Under the pieces are notes generated by a model, which saw only the letters and a list, made by a program, of their open reading frames with translations, was not told where the DNA came from and searched no databases. Shown one piece after another: positions 1 to 11,205 of a DNA stretch of 64,000 bases. The DNA comes from Myxococcota bacterium (GTDB taxonomy: Bacteria > Myxococcota_A > UBA9160 > SZUA-336). A program made the translations under genes and the position numbers. Numbering within the stretch: the stretch's first letter is position 1; every line of letters begins with the position of its first letter. Location: assembly GCA_046754285.1 (NCBI GenBank), contig JBHHVJ010000012.1:3249-67248 (forward strand), given 5' to 3'.

Positions 1-1136
1 CGTCCGGACCCGGACACAAGCTCGAGCTCCACCGAGCCCGGATTGATCTGGCGGATCCGGGCGCCCTGGACGATGTCACCCTCGTGCACGTCGAAGCCTC
101 GAATCCGGTCCACGATCAGCCGAGCGACGCGTCGCGAGGGGTCCGGATGCCAGCGCACCGACTCCAGATGCAGCGCCGGAAAGCCCGCGGGAAGCGGAGT
201 CGTCGTCCCCTCGGTGCTTGGCGTCACCAGCCGCGGACCGCGCAGTCGCTGGCCCTCCCGTACCTGTCTAGGAACGGTCTTCTCGGGCGGCGCGGGCTCT
301 GGGGTCGCGACCGGCTCGACGCGCGTCACGGGCTTGCCGGGAAGCGGCTCGGGCTTCGTGAAAGGGTTGGGCTCCGTTGGCCTGACCGGTGGTGCCGACG
401 ACCTCGCCGCCTGGGCCACGACGTGAGCTCCGGTGGGCCGTGACGCGACCGTGGCCTCGGCCGCCTCCAGGACGAACTCCGCCTCGGGTCCGGCGGTGGA
501 CCCGGTCTCCTCGGCTCGCTCCGTCCGAGCGGGAGCCGGGGGGGGCTCGGGGCGTCGCAGCTCCCGACCCCGCCTGGATCGTGGAGTCGGCGGCGGCGAG
601 GCCGAGGCGGAGTGGGCGGCGGGTCCCGGCGTCACAGGCGCCCGGGAGACCTCTCCGAAGCGCGGCTGCGGGGCAAGTCGCGGACGGCTCCGGCCCGGTC
701 GATCGATGATCGGATCGGTCTGGACCTCGCTCCCCCCCCTGGCGGACGCGGGCGGCGGCCCGCTCTGGCCCTTTCGGGGTGCTGATCCGCGTCCGGCGGC
801 CAGCGGGGACGCGCCTGGGCCCGCCTCACGTCGCGGGAGGAGGGCACGGGTCCGGCGCGACGGCGCAGCCGAGGGACGCGGCGAGGTCACAGCGACGGGC
901 GCCTGACGCGGCCGCGCGCCGGGCACGCTCGGCTCCGGATCGTCACCCCCCCGAAGCATCAGCGCGGCGGCCGCGAGCGCCACAAGGACGCCAGCCCCGC
1001 CGAGCAGCCAGGGTGCTCGACGCCGCGGCGACGAGGCAAGCGGCAGCCCCTCCATCACCGAGCTCTCGAGATCGCGCCGGCCTTCCTGCTCGCGTTCGCG
1101 TTGCAGCTTGCGCAGGGCGTCGAGGATCGTGCTCAT
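1..1136 (-). CDS. GspB/ExeB-like type II secretion accessory protein (3' end runs off the left edge of the window)
   Basis: Absent from the ORF track because it has no stop inside the window. My translation of the minus strand from ATG 1136..1134 (ATGA overlap with the stop of the ExeA-like gene) gives MSTILDALRKLQREREQEG. This is followed by one TM helix (WLLGGAGVLVALAAAALML), a long Pro/Arg/Ala-rich linker and a C-terminal LPAGFPALHLESVRWHPDPSRRVARLIVDRIRGFDVHEGDIVQGARIRQINPGSVELE. It resembles the GspB MSYILDALRK-type N-terminus and the T2SS-B C-terminal domain. The frame is open down to position 3. Confidence 0.6.
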   Translation of the reverse strand, partial: MSTILDALRKLQREREQEGRRDLESSVMEGLPLASSPRRRAPWLLGGAGVLVALAAAALMLRGGDDPEPSVPGARPRQAPVAVTSPRPSAAPSRRTRALLPRREAGPGASPLAAGRGSAPRKGQSGPPPASARGGSEVQTDPIIDRPGRSRPRLAPQPRFGEVSRAPVTPGPAAHSASASPPPTPRSRRGRELRRPEPPPAPARTERAEETGSTAGPEAEFVLEAAEATVASRPTGAHVVAQAARSSAPPVRPTEPNPFTKPEPLPGKPVTRVEPVATPEPAPPEKTVPRQVREGQRLRGPRLVTPSTEGTTTPLPAGFPALHLESVRWHPDPSRRVARLIVDRIRGFDVHEGDIVQGARIRQINPGSVELELVSGSG

Positions 1137-2770
1137 GACTCGATCCCTCGAGGTTCGAGGTGAGGCGCCCCGTAGCCGAGCGCCTGATAGAGCGCGATCA
1201 ACGTCCCGGGCCCGAGCACGCCCGTCTCCTCCAGGGCGTGAGCCTTCTGGAAACGGCGCACGGCGGCCATCGTGGTCGCATCGAGCTCACCCGACGCGGC
1301 ACCGGAGCTCAGGTAGCCCAGACGCTCAAGGCCCTCCTGTAGCCAGCGCACGGGGGCCCCGCTCATTCCCTCCACAAGCGCCGGAAGCGACTCGAAGTTG
1401 TTCCACAGGTACTCGGTGCGTCCGGTCCAGAGCGCCTCCAGCTCCTGGACGGGAAGCTCGAAGCGCTCGTTGCCGAGGGCCAGGTGCGCGGGCCCGTCCG
1501 GTGCGGCCAGACCCACGAGGGCCACGTACCGCCGCTCGTCGGGTCCGGTCTGCAGCTCGAGGATCGCGGGCAGTCCTGCGAGGCGAAGCTGATCGAGGCT
1601 CCGCTGCACGCGCAGCACGCGCAGCGAGGAGAACTCACTGATCACGCCCGCAAAGCGCTCCGGATCGATGTCGCCCTGGATCCGAGCCGGGTAGCCCCAG
1701 ACCGCCAGCAGCGCATTCAGCGCCGCGGCCGCGCTGCGCGGCTGGCTCAGCGATCGCAGTGCATCCGCGAGGGACGCTTGCGGCTCGATCAACACGGCTG
1801 TCGTCGGCGCCGAGACGGCGCTCCGGCTGACGGCGGGCAAGGGCTCAGCCGCCTCGTCCCCGACCCGCCACGCCACGTAGAGCAGGCCGCTCATCAGGCC
1901 AACCGCAAGGCACCCGAGCGCCACACCGATCGGCAAGCCCATCGCCTCGCGCCAGCCTCCGGGCTGCTGGGGCGGAAGCTCTCGCACGGCCGCACGGACC
2001 AGCCCTGCGTCGATCTGCGTCCGGCTCCGCGTGTAGCCGGCCAGCAGCGCGCGGTCGGCGATCGCGTTGATCAGACGGGGGACACCTCCCGAGGCGCGGT
2101 GGATCGCGCGCACCGCCGCAGGCGTGAACAGCGGCGGCCCTTGGCGCCCCGCCACCCGCAGCCGATGCTCGAGATAAGCGCTCACCTCCGAGCGGCTGAA
2201 CGGCTCGAGCTCCCAGCGCACGGTGATCCGCTGGCGGAGCTGCCGCATCTCGGGCCGATTCAGGTTCTCGTCGAGCTCGGGCTGCCCGATCAGCACGATC
2301 TGGATCAGCTTCTCGCGCTCGGTCTCCAGGTTGGAGAGCAACCGGACCTGCTCCAGGACGTCGGGGTCCAGGTTCTGGGCCTCGTCGATCACGAGCAGGA
2401 CTCGCCCGCCGGCCGACTTCTGCTCCAGCAGGAAACGATTCAGCTCATCGATGAGCTCGGCGCGGCTTCGCGCCGAGGTCGGGAGTGCGAACTCGCGACT
2501 GATCGACGCCAGCAGCTCGATCTCGCTGCCGCTCGGGTTGAAGATGAAGGCGACCTCAACGCCGTCGCCCACGCGCTCGAGCAGGGTGCGACAGAGCGTC
2601 GTCTTTCCGGTGCCGACCTGGCCCGTGACCTCGATGAACCCTTCGCCCTGCTCGATCCCATACAGGAGATGCGCCAGTGCCTCCCGATGTCCGTCGGCCA
2701 GAAACAGGAACCGGGGATCCGGGACCAGATTGAAGGGCTTCTCATCGAGACCGTAGAACTGCGTGTACAC
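1133..2770 (-). CDS. ExeA-like AAA+ ATPase with C-terminal peptidoglycan-binding domain
   Basis: Part of ORF 1133..3295(-). The start is trimmed to GTG 2770 (VYTQFYGLDEKPFNL, the typical ExeA N-terminus), because the upstream 175 codons are Arg/Pro-rich junk overlapping coaW. Walker A is GQVGTGKTT and Walker B is LLVIDEAQNL. A TM helix is present. The C-terminus LGYLSSGAASGELDATTMAAVRRFQKAHALEETGVLGPGT is PG_binding_1-like. Confidence 0.85.
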   Translation of the reverse strand: MYTQFYGLDEKPFNLVPDPRFLFLADGHREALAHLLYGIEQGEGFIEVTGQVGTGKTTLCRTLLERVGDGVEVAFIFNPSGSEIELLASISREFALPTSARSRAELIDELNRFLLEQKSAGGRVLLVIDEAQNLDPDVLEQVRLLSNLETEREKLIQIVLIGQPELDENLNRPEMRQLRQRITVRWELEPFSRSEVSAYLEHRLRVAGRQGPPLFTPAAVRAIHRASGGVPRLINAIADRALLAGYTRSRTQIDAGLVRAAVRELPPQQPGGWREAMGLPIGVALGCLAVGLMSGLLYVAWRVGDEAAEPLPAVSRSAVSAPTTAVLIEPQASLADALRSLSQPRSAAAALNALLAVWGYPARIQGDIDPERFAGVISEFSSLRVLRVQRSLDQLRLAGLPAILELQTGPDERRYVALVGLAAPDGPAHLALGNERFELPVQELEALWTGRTEYLWNNFESLPALVEGMSGAPVRWLQEGLERLGYLSSGAASGELDATTMAAVRRFQKAHALEETGVLGPGTLIALYQALGYGAPHLEPRGIES

Positions 2771-2856
2771 TAGGCTTTCCCCGGAAGCGGCCTCTCCCCG
2801 CGTCGGTGGGGCGAGGCCCGGCGCTCCGTACGGCAGGGTGATACGCTCCGCGCCCG

Positions 2857-3666
2857 ATGTCCACGCCTGTGACGGTCGGCGTCGATGCCGGCGCGACTCT
2901 CTGCAAGCTGGTGTGCCTGACGGCCGAGCTCGAGACCGCGGTTCTGCCCGCCGGGGACGTTCGGCGCGTGCGGGAGTGGATCGAGAGCTGGAAGCCCGAC
3001 CGTCTGATGGCGACGGGTGGGGGCGCGGCGGCCCTGGGCCAGCGACTGGCGGACGTCGCGGTTGAGCGCGTCGCCGAGTTCGAGGCCTGGGCGCGCGGCG
3101 CTCCGCTGCTCGCGGAGCGCATGGGGTTGGCGCTCCCCCCTTGCTATCTGCTGGTGAGCCTCGGCACGGGCACATCGGTGCTGGCGATCCGGGAGGGCCG
3201 CGCAGAGCGCGTGGGGGGCACGGCACTGGGCGGTGGAACGCTTCTGGGCCTCGCACGTCTCCTGCTCGACACCCCCTCCTTCGACGCTGTGGCACGCCTG
3301 GCCGAGCGCGGAGATCGCACGGATGTGGATCTGCTGGTTGGCGACATCTACCCCGAGGGAGAGGCGCCGCTCCCCGCGGGGCTCACGGCCGCGAGCTTCG
3401 CAAAGCTGGCCTCGCGGCGACCAGAGGATCTCGCCCACGCACTCGTGGGCCTGGTGGGTGAGAACATCGCCCTGCTCTGCGGCGGGCTGGGACGGGCCTG
3501 TGGGGCCGCGGCCATCGTCTACGGGGGCTCGACGCTCATGGGCAATGCGGCGCTTGAGCGCGTGCTGAGCGTGACCACCGTCGCCTCCGGCCTGCCCGCG
3601 TGCTTCCTCGCGCAGGGGGCCTTCTGTGGTGCGGTGGGCGCGGCGTTGCTCGGAGCCGCCCGCTAG
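2857..3666 (+). CDS. coaW: type II pantothenate kinase (Fumble/CoaW family)
   Basis: ORF 2857..3666. The ASKHA motifs VGVDAGATLCK, SLGTGTSVLAI, RVGGTALGGGTLLGLARLL, DLLVGDIY, GLTAASFAK and GAFCGAVGAAL are colinear with the staphylococcal CoaW layout. Confidence 0.8.
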   Translation: MSTPVTVGVDAGATLCKLVCLTAELETAVLPAGDVRRVREWIESWKPDRLMATGGGAAALGQRLADVAVERVAEFEAWARGAPLLAERMGLALPPCYLLVSLGTGTSVLAIREGRAERVGGTALGGGTLLGLARLLLDTPSFDAVARLAERGDRTDVDLLVGDIYPEGEAPLPAGLTAASFAKLASRRPEDLAHALVGLVGENIALLCGGLGRACGAAAIVYGGSTLMGNAALERVLSVTTVASGLPACFLAQGAFCGAVGAALLGAAR

Positions 3667-3695
3667 GTCCCTGCGCGGACCGGCCCTCGACGGCC

Positions 3696-4865
3696 TCAAC
3701 CCGATCCCTCACCCCGGCGGCCGAGCCGCAGCACGCGGTCGTGGAGGACCTTGAGATCCTCCCCGAGCTGTCGGACATGCTCCTCGAGCTGCATCCGCGC
3801 CCTCACCTCTTCGTCAATCCGCTTCTCGAGCAGATCCACTCGGTCGCTCGCCACCGCGATCTCCTCGGGCGTGATCGTCTCCGGGCTGCGCGGAGCCTCC
3901 AGGGCAGAGGACCGCAGCGTGGCAAGCTGCCTGCGACTCCGGACACGCGCCATGCGCAGCCAGGCGAGAAGCGCGATCCCGAGCGCGATCAGAAGCAGCA
4001 GGGTCAAGCCCGTCACCGCACCGAGGCCGAGCAAGGAGAACCAGGGCGGCTCGGCCGAGGCCGGGGGCGTTACCGGGGGACGTGAGGGCGTCGGGGCCGC
4101 TGGAGCTTCGGTTCCTTGCGCCCGGCGCTCAGTAGACCGCTCTGTCGTCGTCTGGGGTGCGGGGGGCTGCTCAAGCTCGACCGGGGGGGCGGGCGACTCC
4201 GCCTCCTCCGGGACAGCCGCCGCGTTCGGCTCTCCAGCGGCCTGCGGGGCCTCGCCGGACCTCGCCTCGACCGCTGGCGCGGGCGGGGCATCCACGGACG
4301 ACGGGACGGGTGGGGTCTCTTCAACCTCCGACGTTGGAACGGATGGCGTCTCCGCGACCTCGGCCGTGGGCACGGATGCGGTCTCCGCGGCCTCGGACGT
4401 CGGCACGGAGGGAGTCACCGTGGCTCGGGCCGGTGCACGGAGCGGCTCGACTCCGGGCGGAAGCTCGAAGGGATCCGGGCCGGGGTCCGCCAGATCCAGC
4501 ACGATGCGCGCTGGATCCTCGAGCCGGTAGGCCCGGACGCGTCGGGGACGGGCACCGAGGCGGATCCGGACCCCCCCAAGGCTGCGCTCGATCTCGATCG
4601 TGCCGAGCCGCGCGTACGGGGTTTCGAGGGTCTGGTGCGGCATCAGCGGCTGGGCCTCGATCTCGAGGACCAGGGGTTCACCGGGCTGATCTCGCAGCTC
4701 ACGCAGCGGCGCGGGGCCCTCGAGCTCGAGCACGAGCCGGTCGAACTCGGCGTGATGGCCAATGCGAATGTCCACGACTCGTGGGGCCCGATCGGTGCCT
4801 AGCGCGGCCCCCACGCACAGGGCAAGCATTCCCAGCCCCCATGCCGCCGTCGCACGTCGCTTCAT
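3696..4865 (-). CDS. AMIN-domain bitopic membrane protein with Pro/Glu-rich repeat linker and cytoplasmic coiled coil
   Basis: ORF 3696..4931(-), trimmed to ATG 4865 (MKRRATAAWGLGMLALCVGAALG, a signal peptide). The AMIN-like segment reads VVDIRIGHHAEFDRLVLELEG...RIVLDLADP. A tandem 11-aa repeat follows, then a TM helix (WFSLLGLGAVTGLTLLLLIALGIALLAWL) and a C-terminal heptad-like region. Confidence 0.7.
   Translation of the reverse strand: MKRRATAAWGLGMLALCVGAALGTDRAPRVVDIRIGHHAEFDRLVLELEGPAPLRELRDQPGEPLVLEIEAQPLMPHQTLETPYARLGTIEIERSLGGVRIRLGARPRRVRAYRLEDPARIVLDLADPGPDPFELPPGVEPLRAPARATVTPSVPTSEAAETASVPTAEVAETPSVPTSEVEETPPVPSSVDAPPAPAVEARSGEAPQAAGEPNAAAVPEEAESPAPPVELEQPPAPQTTTERSTERRAQGTEAPAAPTPSRPPVTPPASAEPPWFSLLGLGAVTGLTLLLLIALGIALLAWLRMARVRSRRQLATLRSSALEAPRSPETITPEEIAVASDRVDLLEKRIDEEVRARMQLEEHVRQLGEDLKVLHDRVLRLGRRGEGSG
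4293..4415 (-). repeat. 33-nt coding tandem repeat x3.7 (TPSVPTSEAAE / TASVPTAEVAE / TPSVPTSEVEE / TPPVPSSV)
   Basis: Units 4415-4383, 4382-4350, 4349-4317 and the partial unit 4316-4293 were read directly from the minus strand. They are in frame inside the AMIN-domain gene. Confidence 0.9.
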
Positions 4866-4958
4866 CTCCAACCCCCAAGGTAGCCCTTCCGTGTGGGAAG
4901 GGGATTGCCCGCGCATGAATCGGCAGATCATCGCCTAGGCTATAGGGGGAAGAGCAGA

Positions 4959-6092
4959 ATGAGCGATGAGCCGAGCGCAGAGGCCGTCATCGTGGGGGCC
5001 GGTGTGGTGGGTCTGGCGTGCGCCGCCAGCCTGGCCAGGCGCGGGCGCAGCGTCCTCGTGCTCGAGCGCAACGCCCGCGCCGGCCTGGAGGCCTCGTCCC
5101 GAAACAGCGAGGTGATCCACGCGGGCCTCTACTACCCCGAGGGCTCACTCAAGGCGGAGCTCTGCGCCGAAGGACGCGAGCGCCTCTACCGTCGCTGCCG
5201 GGCCTCCGGTGTCCCCCATCGACGCACCGGGAAACTGATCGTCGCCTGCGAGCCTGGAGAGGAGGCGGCTTTGGAGGCCCTCGCGCGGCGCGCTCGGGCG
5301 AACCGGGCCGGGGACATCGAGCTTCTCGATGCCGGGGAGCTGAAGCGACGCGAGCCACGCGTGCGGGCCCGCGCTGCGCTCTGGTCGCCGGAGTCGGGGA
5401 TCGTCGACGCCCACGCACTCATGGACAGCTACCAAGCGGAGGCGGAGAGGCACGGGGCCACCCTGGTCCTGCGCACCCGGGTCACCGGGCTCCAGCTGCG
5501 ATCGGGACCGCTCTGGGAGGTTCGGACGAAATCGACCGAGGGGCAGAGCCATACGATCCACACGCCCTGCGTCGTGAACGCCGCGGGTCTGGAGAGCGAC
5601 CGCGTGGCGGCCCTCGCGGGTCTGGATCCTGCGCAGCTCGGCTACCGGATCTGGCCCTGCAAGGGCGACTACTTCGCCGTGACCCCCTCGCTCGGGGCCC
5701 TCTGCCAGACGCTGGTCTACCCGCTGCCGTCGGGGCCGGGTCTCGGCGTCCACGTGACGCTCGACCTCGGCGGACGGTACCGCCTCGGCCCAGACGCCGA
5801 GTACGTCGACTCCCCGCGTCTCGATGTGGATCCCGCCAAGGCCGGGCGCTTCGCCGAGGCGGTGGCCCGCTACCTTCCGGAGATTCGCCCCGAGCACATC
5901 ACTCCGGACTTTGCCGGGCTGCGAGCCAAGCTCCAGGGCCCCGGAGAGGGCTTTCGCGACTTCGTGGTCTCCGAGGAGTCGTCCCACGGTGCTCCGGGCC
6001 TGATCGATCTTTTGGGCATCGAGTCGCCGGGGCTCACCGCCGCCGGGGCCATCGCCGAGCGTGTGGCCTGGCTGGTCGATGCACAGCTCTGA
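4959..6092 (+). CDS. FAD-dependent oxidoreductase, L-2-hydroxyglutarate oxidase/dehydrogenase-like
   Basis: ORF 4893..6092, trimmed to ATG 4959, which is preceded by AGGGGGA. The dinucleotide fold is VIVGAGVVGLACAASLARRG. SSRNSEVIHAGLYYPEGSLKA and the C-terminal GIESPGLTAA are typical of this family. Confidence 0.8.
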   Translation: MSDEPSAEAVIVGAGVVGLACAASLARRGRSVLVLERNARAGLEASSRNSEVIHAGLYYPEGSLKAELCAEGRERLYRRCRASGVPHRRTGKLIVACEPGEEAALEALARRARANRAGDIELLDAGELKRREPRVRARAALWSPESGIVDAHALMDSYQAEAERHGATLVLRTRVTGLQLRSGPLWEVRTKSTEGQSHTIHTPCVVNAAGLESDRVAALAGLDPAQLGYRIWPCKGDYFAVTPSLGALCQTLVYPLPSGPGLGVHVTLDLGGRYRLGPDAEYVDSPRLDVDPAKAGRFAEAVARYLPEIRPEHITPDFAGLRAKLQGPGEGFRDFVVSEESSHGAPGLIDLLGIESPGLTAAGAIAERVAWLVDAQL

Positions 6093-6117
6093 GGCATCCT
6101 GGGGCGCGCGGGGCGGT

Positions 6118-6145
6118 TTGATCCGCTGCGGGATTCGCGTACACT
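6118..6145 (+). promoter_or_regulatory. candidate sigma70-type promoter of the rplU operon (TTGATC-N16-TACACT)
   Basis: The -35 TTGATC is at 6118-6123 and the -10 TACACT at 6140-6145, with a 16-nt spacer. The rplU ATG is at 6156 and no SD lies between. This is a motif match only. Confidence 0.3.
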
Positions 6146-6155
6146 CCCGCGCTCG

Positions 6156-6467
6156 ATGTATGCGGTCGTGCGAACGGGTGGAAAGCAGATCCGCGTGGCC
6201 CCCGGCGATGTGGTCGCCGTGGAGAAGCTCGCCGGCCAGCCTGGCGAGCGGGTTGAGCTGGATCAGGTGTTGCTCGTGCTGGGCGAGACGACACGCATCG
6301 GAACGCCCTGCGTAGAGGGGGTCCGGGTGCTCGCGACGATCGAGGGCGAGCAGCGGGGACCCAAGCTCCGCATCTTCAAGCACAAGCGGCGCAAGGGCTA
6401 TCGGCTACGCCGGGGGCATCGCCAGAGCTACACGCGAATCCGCATCGAGTCGATCGAGGGCGCCTAG
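6156..6467 (+). CDS. rplU: 50S ribosomal protein L21
   Basis: The N-terminus [18 protein letters not shown] is the canonical L21 start; 103 aa. Confidence 0.95.
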   Translation: MYAVVRTGGKQIRVAPGDVVAVEKLAGQPGERVELDQVLLVLGETTRIGTPCVEGVRVLATIEGEQRGPKLRIFKHKRRKGYRLRRGHRQSYTRIRIESIEGA

Positions 6468-6468
6468 C

Positions 6469-8910
<2,442 letters not shown>

Positions 8911-8947
8911 GCCCGTGTGAGCCCGGGGGGGCTGCTATCCTAGGGGC

Positions 8948-10204
8948 ATGAGCGCACGAGACCTCGTGGACGAGATCGCCCGCCGCGCGCGTGCCGCGGC
9001 GGAGCGGACGGCGCAGCTGCCCTCGGACGCCCGCGATGCCGCGCTGAGCCGCGCCGCCAGCCGGATCGAGTCCGAGACCGAAGCGCTGATCCAAGCCAAT
9101 CGCCGCGATCTGGAGGCGGGCCGGCGCCGGGGCTGGGCTGAACCTCTGCTGGACCGCCTGACGCTCACGCCCGAGCGAATCGCCGCCATGGCGGCGGGGC
9201 TGCGGGAGATCGCAGCGCTGCCCGATCCCGTCGGCGAGATCACGCGCATGTGGACGCGGCCGTCGGGCCTGCGCGTCGGCCGCATGCGAATCCCGCTGGG
9301 CGTGATCCTGGTCATCTACGAGTCCCGCCCCAACGTGACGGCCGACGTGGCGGGGCTGTGCCTGAAGACCGGCAACGCCACGATCCTGCGCGGCGGGTCG
9401 GAGGCCTTTCACTCCAACACGGCGATCGCCACGCTGCTGCGCACGGCCGCACGGGAGAGCGGCGTGCCCGAGGACGCCGTCCAGCTCGTGTCGCGAACGG
9501 AGTACGAGGTCGTCGACGGCCTGCTTGAGCGCGAGGACGAGATCGATCTCGTGATCCCGCGCGGGGGGGAGGCTCTGATCCGAAAGGTGGCGGAGCGCTC
9601 CCGAATTCCGGTGATCAAGCACTACAAGGGGGTGTGTCATGTATACCTGGATCGGCACGCAGACCCCAAGATGGCTCGCGACATCACGATCAACTCGAAG
9701 TGCCAGCGCGTCTCCGTCTGCAACGCCGCGGAGACGCTGCTCGTGCACGAGGCCCTGGCGGGCTCGCTGCTGCCCACGCTTCTGATGGAGCTCGAGGGGC
9801 TGGGCGTCGAGATTCGCGGCTGCCCGCGCACGCTCCCGCACTCCGCTGCGGCCGTGCCGGCCCGTGAGGCGGACTGGTCTGAGGAGTTTCTGGCGCCGAT
9901 CCTGGCGGTCCGCGTGGTCGACTCCATGGACCAGGCCATCGAGCACATCCGCCGCTACGGATCGAACCACACGGAGGCGATCGTTACCGAGGATCTGCGC
10001 AGCGCCCGCGAGTTCCTGCGCCGCGTCAACTCGAGCTGCGTCCTGGTGAACGCCAGCACGCGCTTCGCCGACGGCTACCAGCTTGGGCTGGGCGCCGAGG
10101 TCGGAATTTCCACCACGAAGATGCACTGGTACGGGCCGATGGGAGCCGAAGGTCTCACGACCCAGAAGTTCATCGTCTTCGGCGACGGTGCCCTCATCGA
10201 GTGA
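8948..10204 (+). CDS. proA: glutamate-5-semialdehyde dehydrogenase (gamma-glutamyl phosphate reductase)
   Basis: 418 aa, with IYESRPNVT, NAILLRGG-like NATILRGGSEA, and CNAAETLLVH holding the catalytic Cys. It follows proB. Confidence 0.95.
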   Translation: MSARDLVDEIARRARAAAERTAQLPSDARDAALSRAASRIESETEALIQANRRDLEAGRRRGWAEPLLDRLTLTPERIAAMAAGLREIAALPDPVGEITRMWTRPSGLRVGRMRIPLGVILVIYESRPNVTADVAGLCLKTGNATILRGGSEAFHSNTAIATLLRTAARESGVPEDAVQLVSRTEYEVVDGLLEREDEIDLVIPRGGEALIRKVAERSRIPVIKHYKGVCHVYLDRHADPKMARDITINSKCQRVSVCNAAETLLVHEALAGSLLPTLLMELEGLGVEIRGCPRTLPHSAAAVPAREADWSEEFLAPILAVRVVDSMDQAIEHIRRYGSNHTEAIVTEDLRSAREFLRRVNSSCVLVNASTRFADGYQLGLGAEVGISTTKMHWYGPMGAEGLTTQKFIVFGDGALIE

Positions 10205-10851
10205 GTCTCGGCGTCTTCGGTGGCAGCTTCAATCCGATCCACTTCGCTCATCTGCGCCTGGCCGAGCAGGCCCGGGAGACCCTCGGACTCGAGCGCGTCC
10301 TCTTCGTGCCGTCCGCCTCGCCGCCGCACAAGAGCGCGGACCTCGCCCCGGCCCGGCGCAGGCTCGAGATGGTCGCGATCGCGATCGCCACGAACCCCTG
10401 CTTCGAGGTTCTCGATCTGGAGCTCGAGCGCGGCGGCCCGAGCTACACCGTGGACACCCTCCGGCTTCTCAGCGAGCGTCATCGGGGTGCGTGCCTGTGG
10501 TTCCTGCTGGGGAGCGACTCGCTGGCCGAGCTGGACACCTGGCGTGATCCGGAGGGGATCCTCGAGCTCTGCAGCCTCGCCGTGGCCGGTCGCCCCGGGA
10601 CGGCCCGTGCACCCCTGGAGAGCCTGCTGCCCGCTTCCTTGGCCAGGCAGTTCCGGCGCACGCCCAGGGGGCTGGAGCACACATCGGGCCAGGAGATCCG
10701 GGCCGTGCCGTTCGGGCCTCAGGCGATCTCGGCCAGCGACATCCGCGAGCGTGCCGCGCGCAGCGCATCGCTCCGCTACCTCGTTCCCGACGGCGTGATC
10801 GACTACATCGTGAAGCACCGACTCTACGCCCCGAGACAGGAGGAGGCTTGA
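10201..10851 (+). CDS. nadD: nicotinate-nucleotide adenylyltransferase
   Basis: The GTG start overlaps the proA stop. GVFGGSFNPIHFAHL is the (H/T)xGH motif, and ISASDIR is the ISST-like motif. Confidence 0.9.
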   Translation: MSLGVFGGSFNPIHFAHLRLAEQARETLGLERVLFVPSASPPHKSADLAPARRRLEMVAIAIATNPCFEVLDLELERGGPSYTVDTLRLLSERHRGACLWFLLGSDSLAELDTWRDPEGILELCSLAVAGRPGTARAPLESLLPASLARQFRRTPRGLEHTSGQEIRAVPFGPQAISASDIRERAARSASLRYLVPDGVIDYIVKHRLYAPRQEEA

Positions 10852-11204
10852 CCTCGAAAGCAAAGGCACTGCGTCTCGCGGAGGCCGCGAGCGCAAAGAA
10901 GGGCCTGGACGTACGCATCCTGGACCTGCGCGGCATTCCCGCCTTCACGGATTTCTTCGTGATCGTGACCGGCCGCACCGACCGTCACGTTCTCGCACTC
11001 TGCGAGGGCGCACTGGAGAGCATGCGCGAGATCGGCGAGCGGCCGCTCGGCGTCGAAGGAGAGAGCACGGCTCGCTGGGTCCTGATCGATCTGGGCGACG
11101 TTCTCGTCCACATCTTCCAGCGGGAAGCTCGCGAGTTCTACGCCCTGGAACGCCTCTGGGGCGAGGCCGAGGCCCTCGATCTTCCACGCGCGGCGGAAGC
11201 CTGA
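10848..11204 (+). CDS. rsfS: ribosome silencing factor RsfS (iojap family)
   Basis: TTG start after AGGAGGAGG. The sequence includes LDVRILDLRGIPAFTDFFVIVTG...WVLIDLGDVLVHIFQREAREFYALERLW. Confidence 0.9.
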   Translation: MTSKAKALRLAEAASAKKGLDVRILDLRGIPAFTDFFVIVTGRTDRHVLALCEGALESMREIGERPLGVEGESTARWVLIDLGDVLVHIFQREAREFYALERLWGEAEALDLPRAAEA

Positions 11205-11205
11205 C

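Noticed and set aside
1484-2773. 429-aa plus-strand ORF covering the ExeA-like gene
   Set aside because: It is antisense to a gene with clear Walker A/B and PG-binding motifs. Its translation is Arg/Gly/Asp/Leu-rich with no motifs, which is the typical shadow ORF of high-GC DNA.
4293-4415. Regular 33-nt periodicity, checked as a possible CRISPR-like array
   Set aside because: The units are contiguous with no spacers. They are in frame within a protein-coding gene, encoding an 11-aa repeat.
5145-6383. 412-aa minus-strand ORF. Similar long antisense ORFs occur at 6472-7554, 8819-10126, 41472-42776, 42789-43814, 49957-51435, 51655-53127 and 57824-58732.
   Set aside because: Each lies opposite, or out of frame with, a gene that has strong family signatures. 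All show the Arg/Ala/Gly/Pro bias expected from non-coding frames at about 70% GC.
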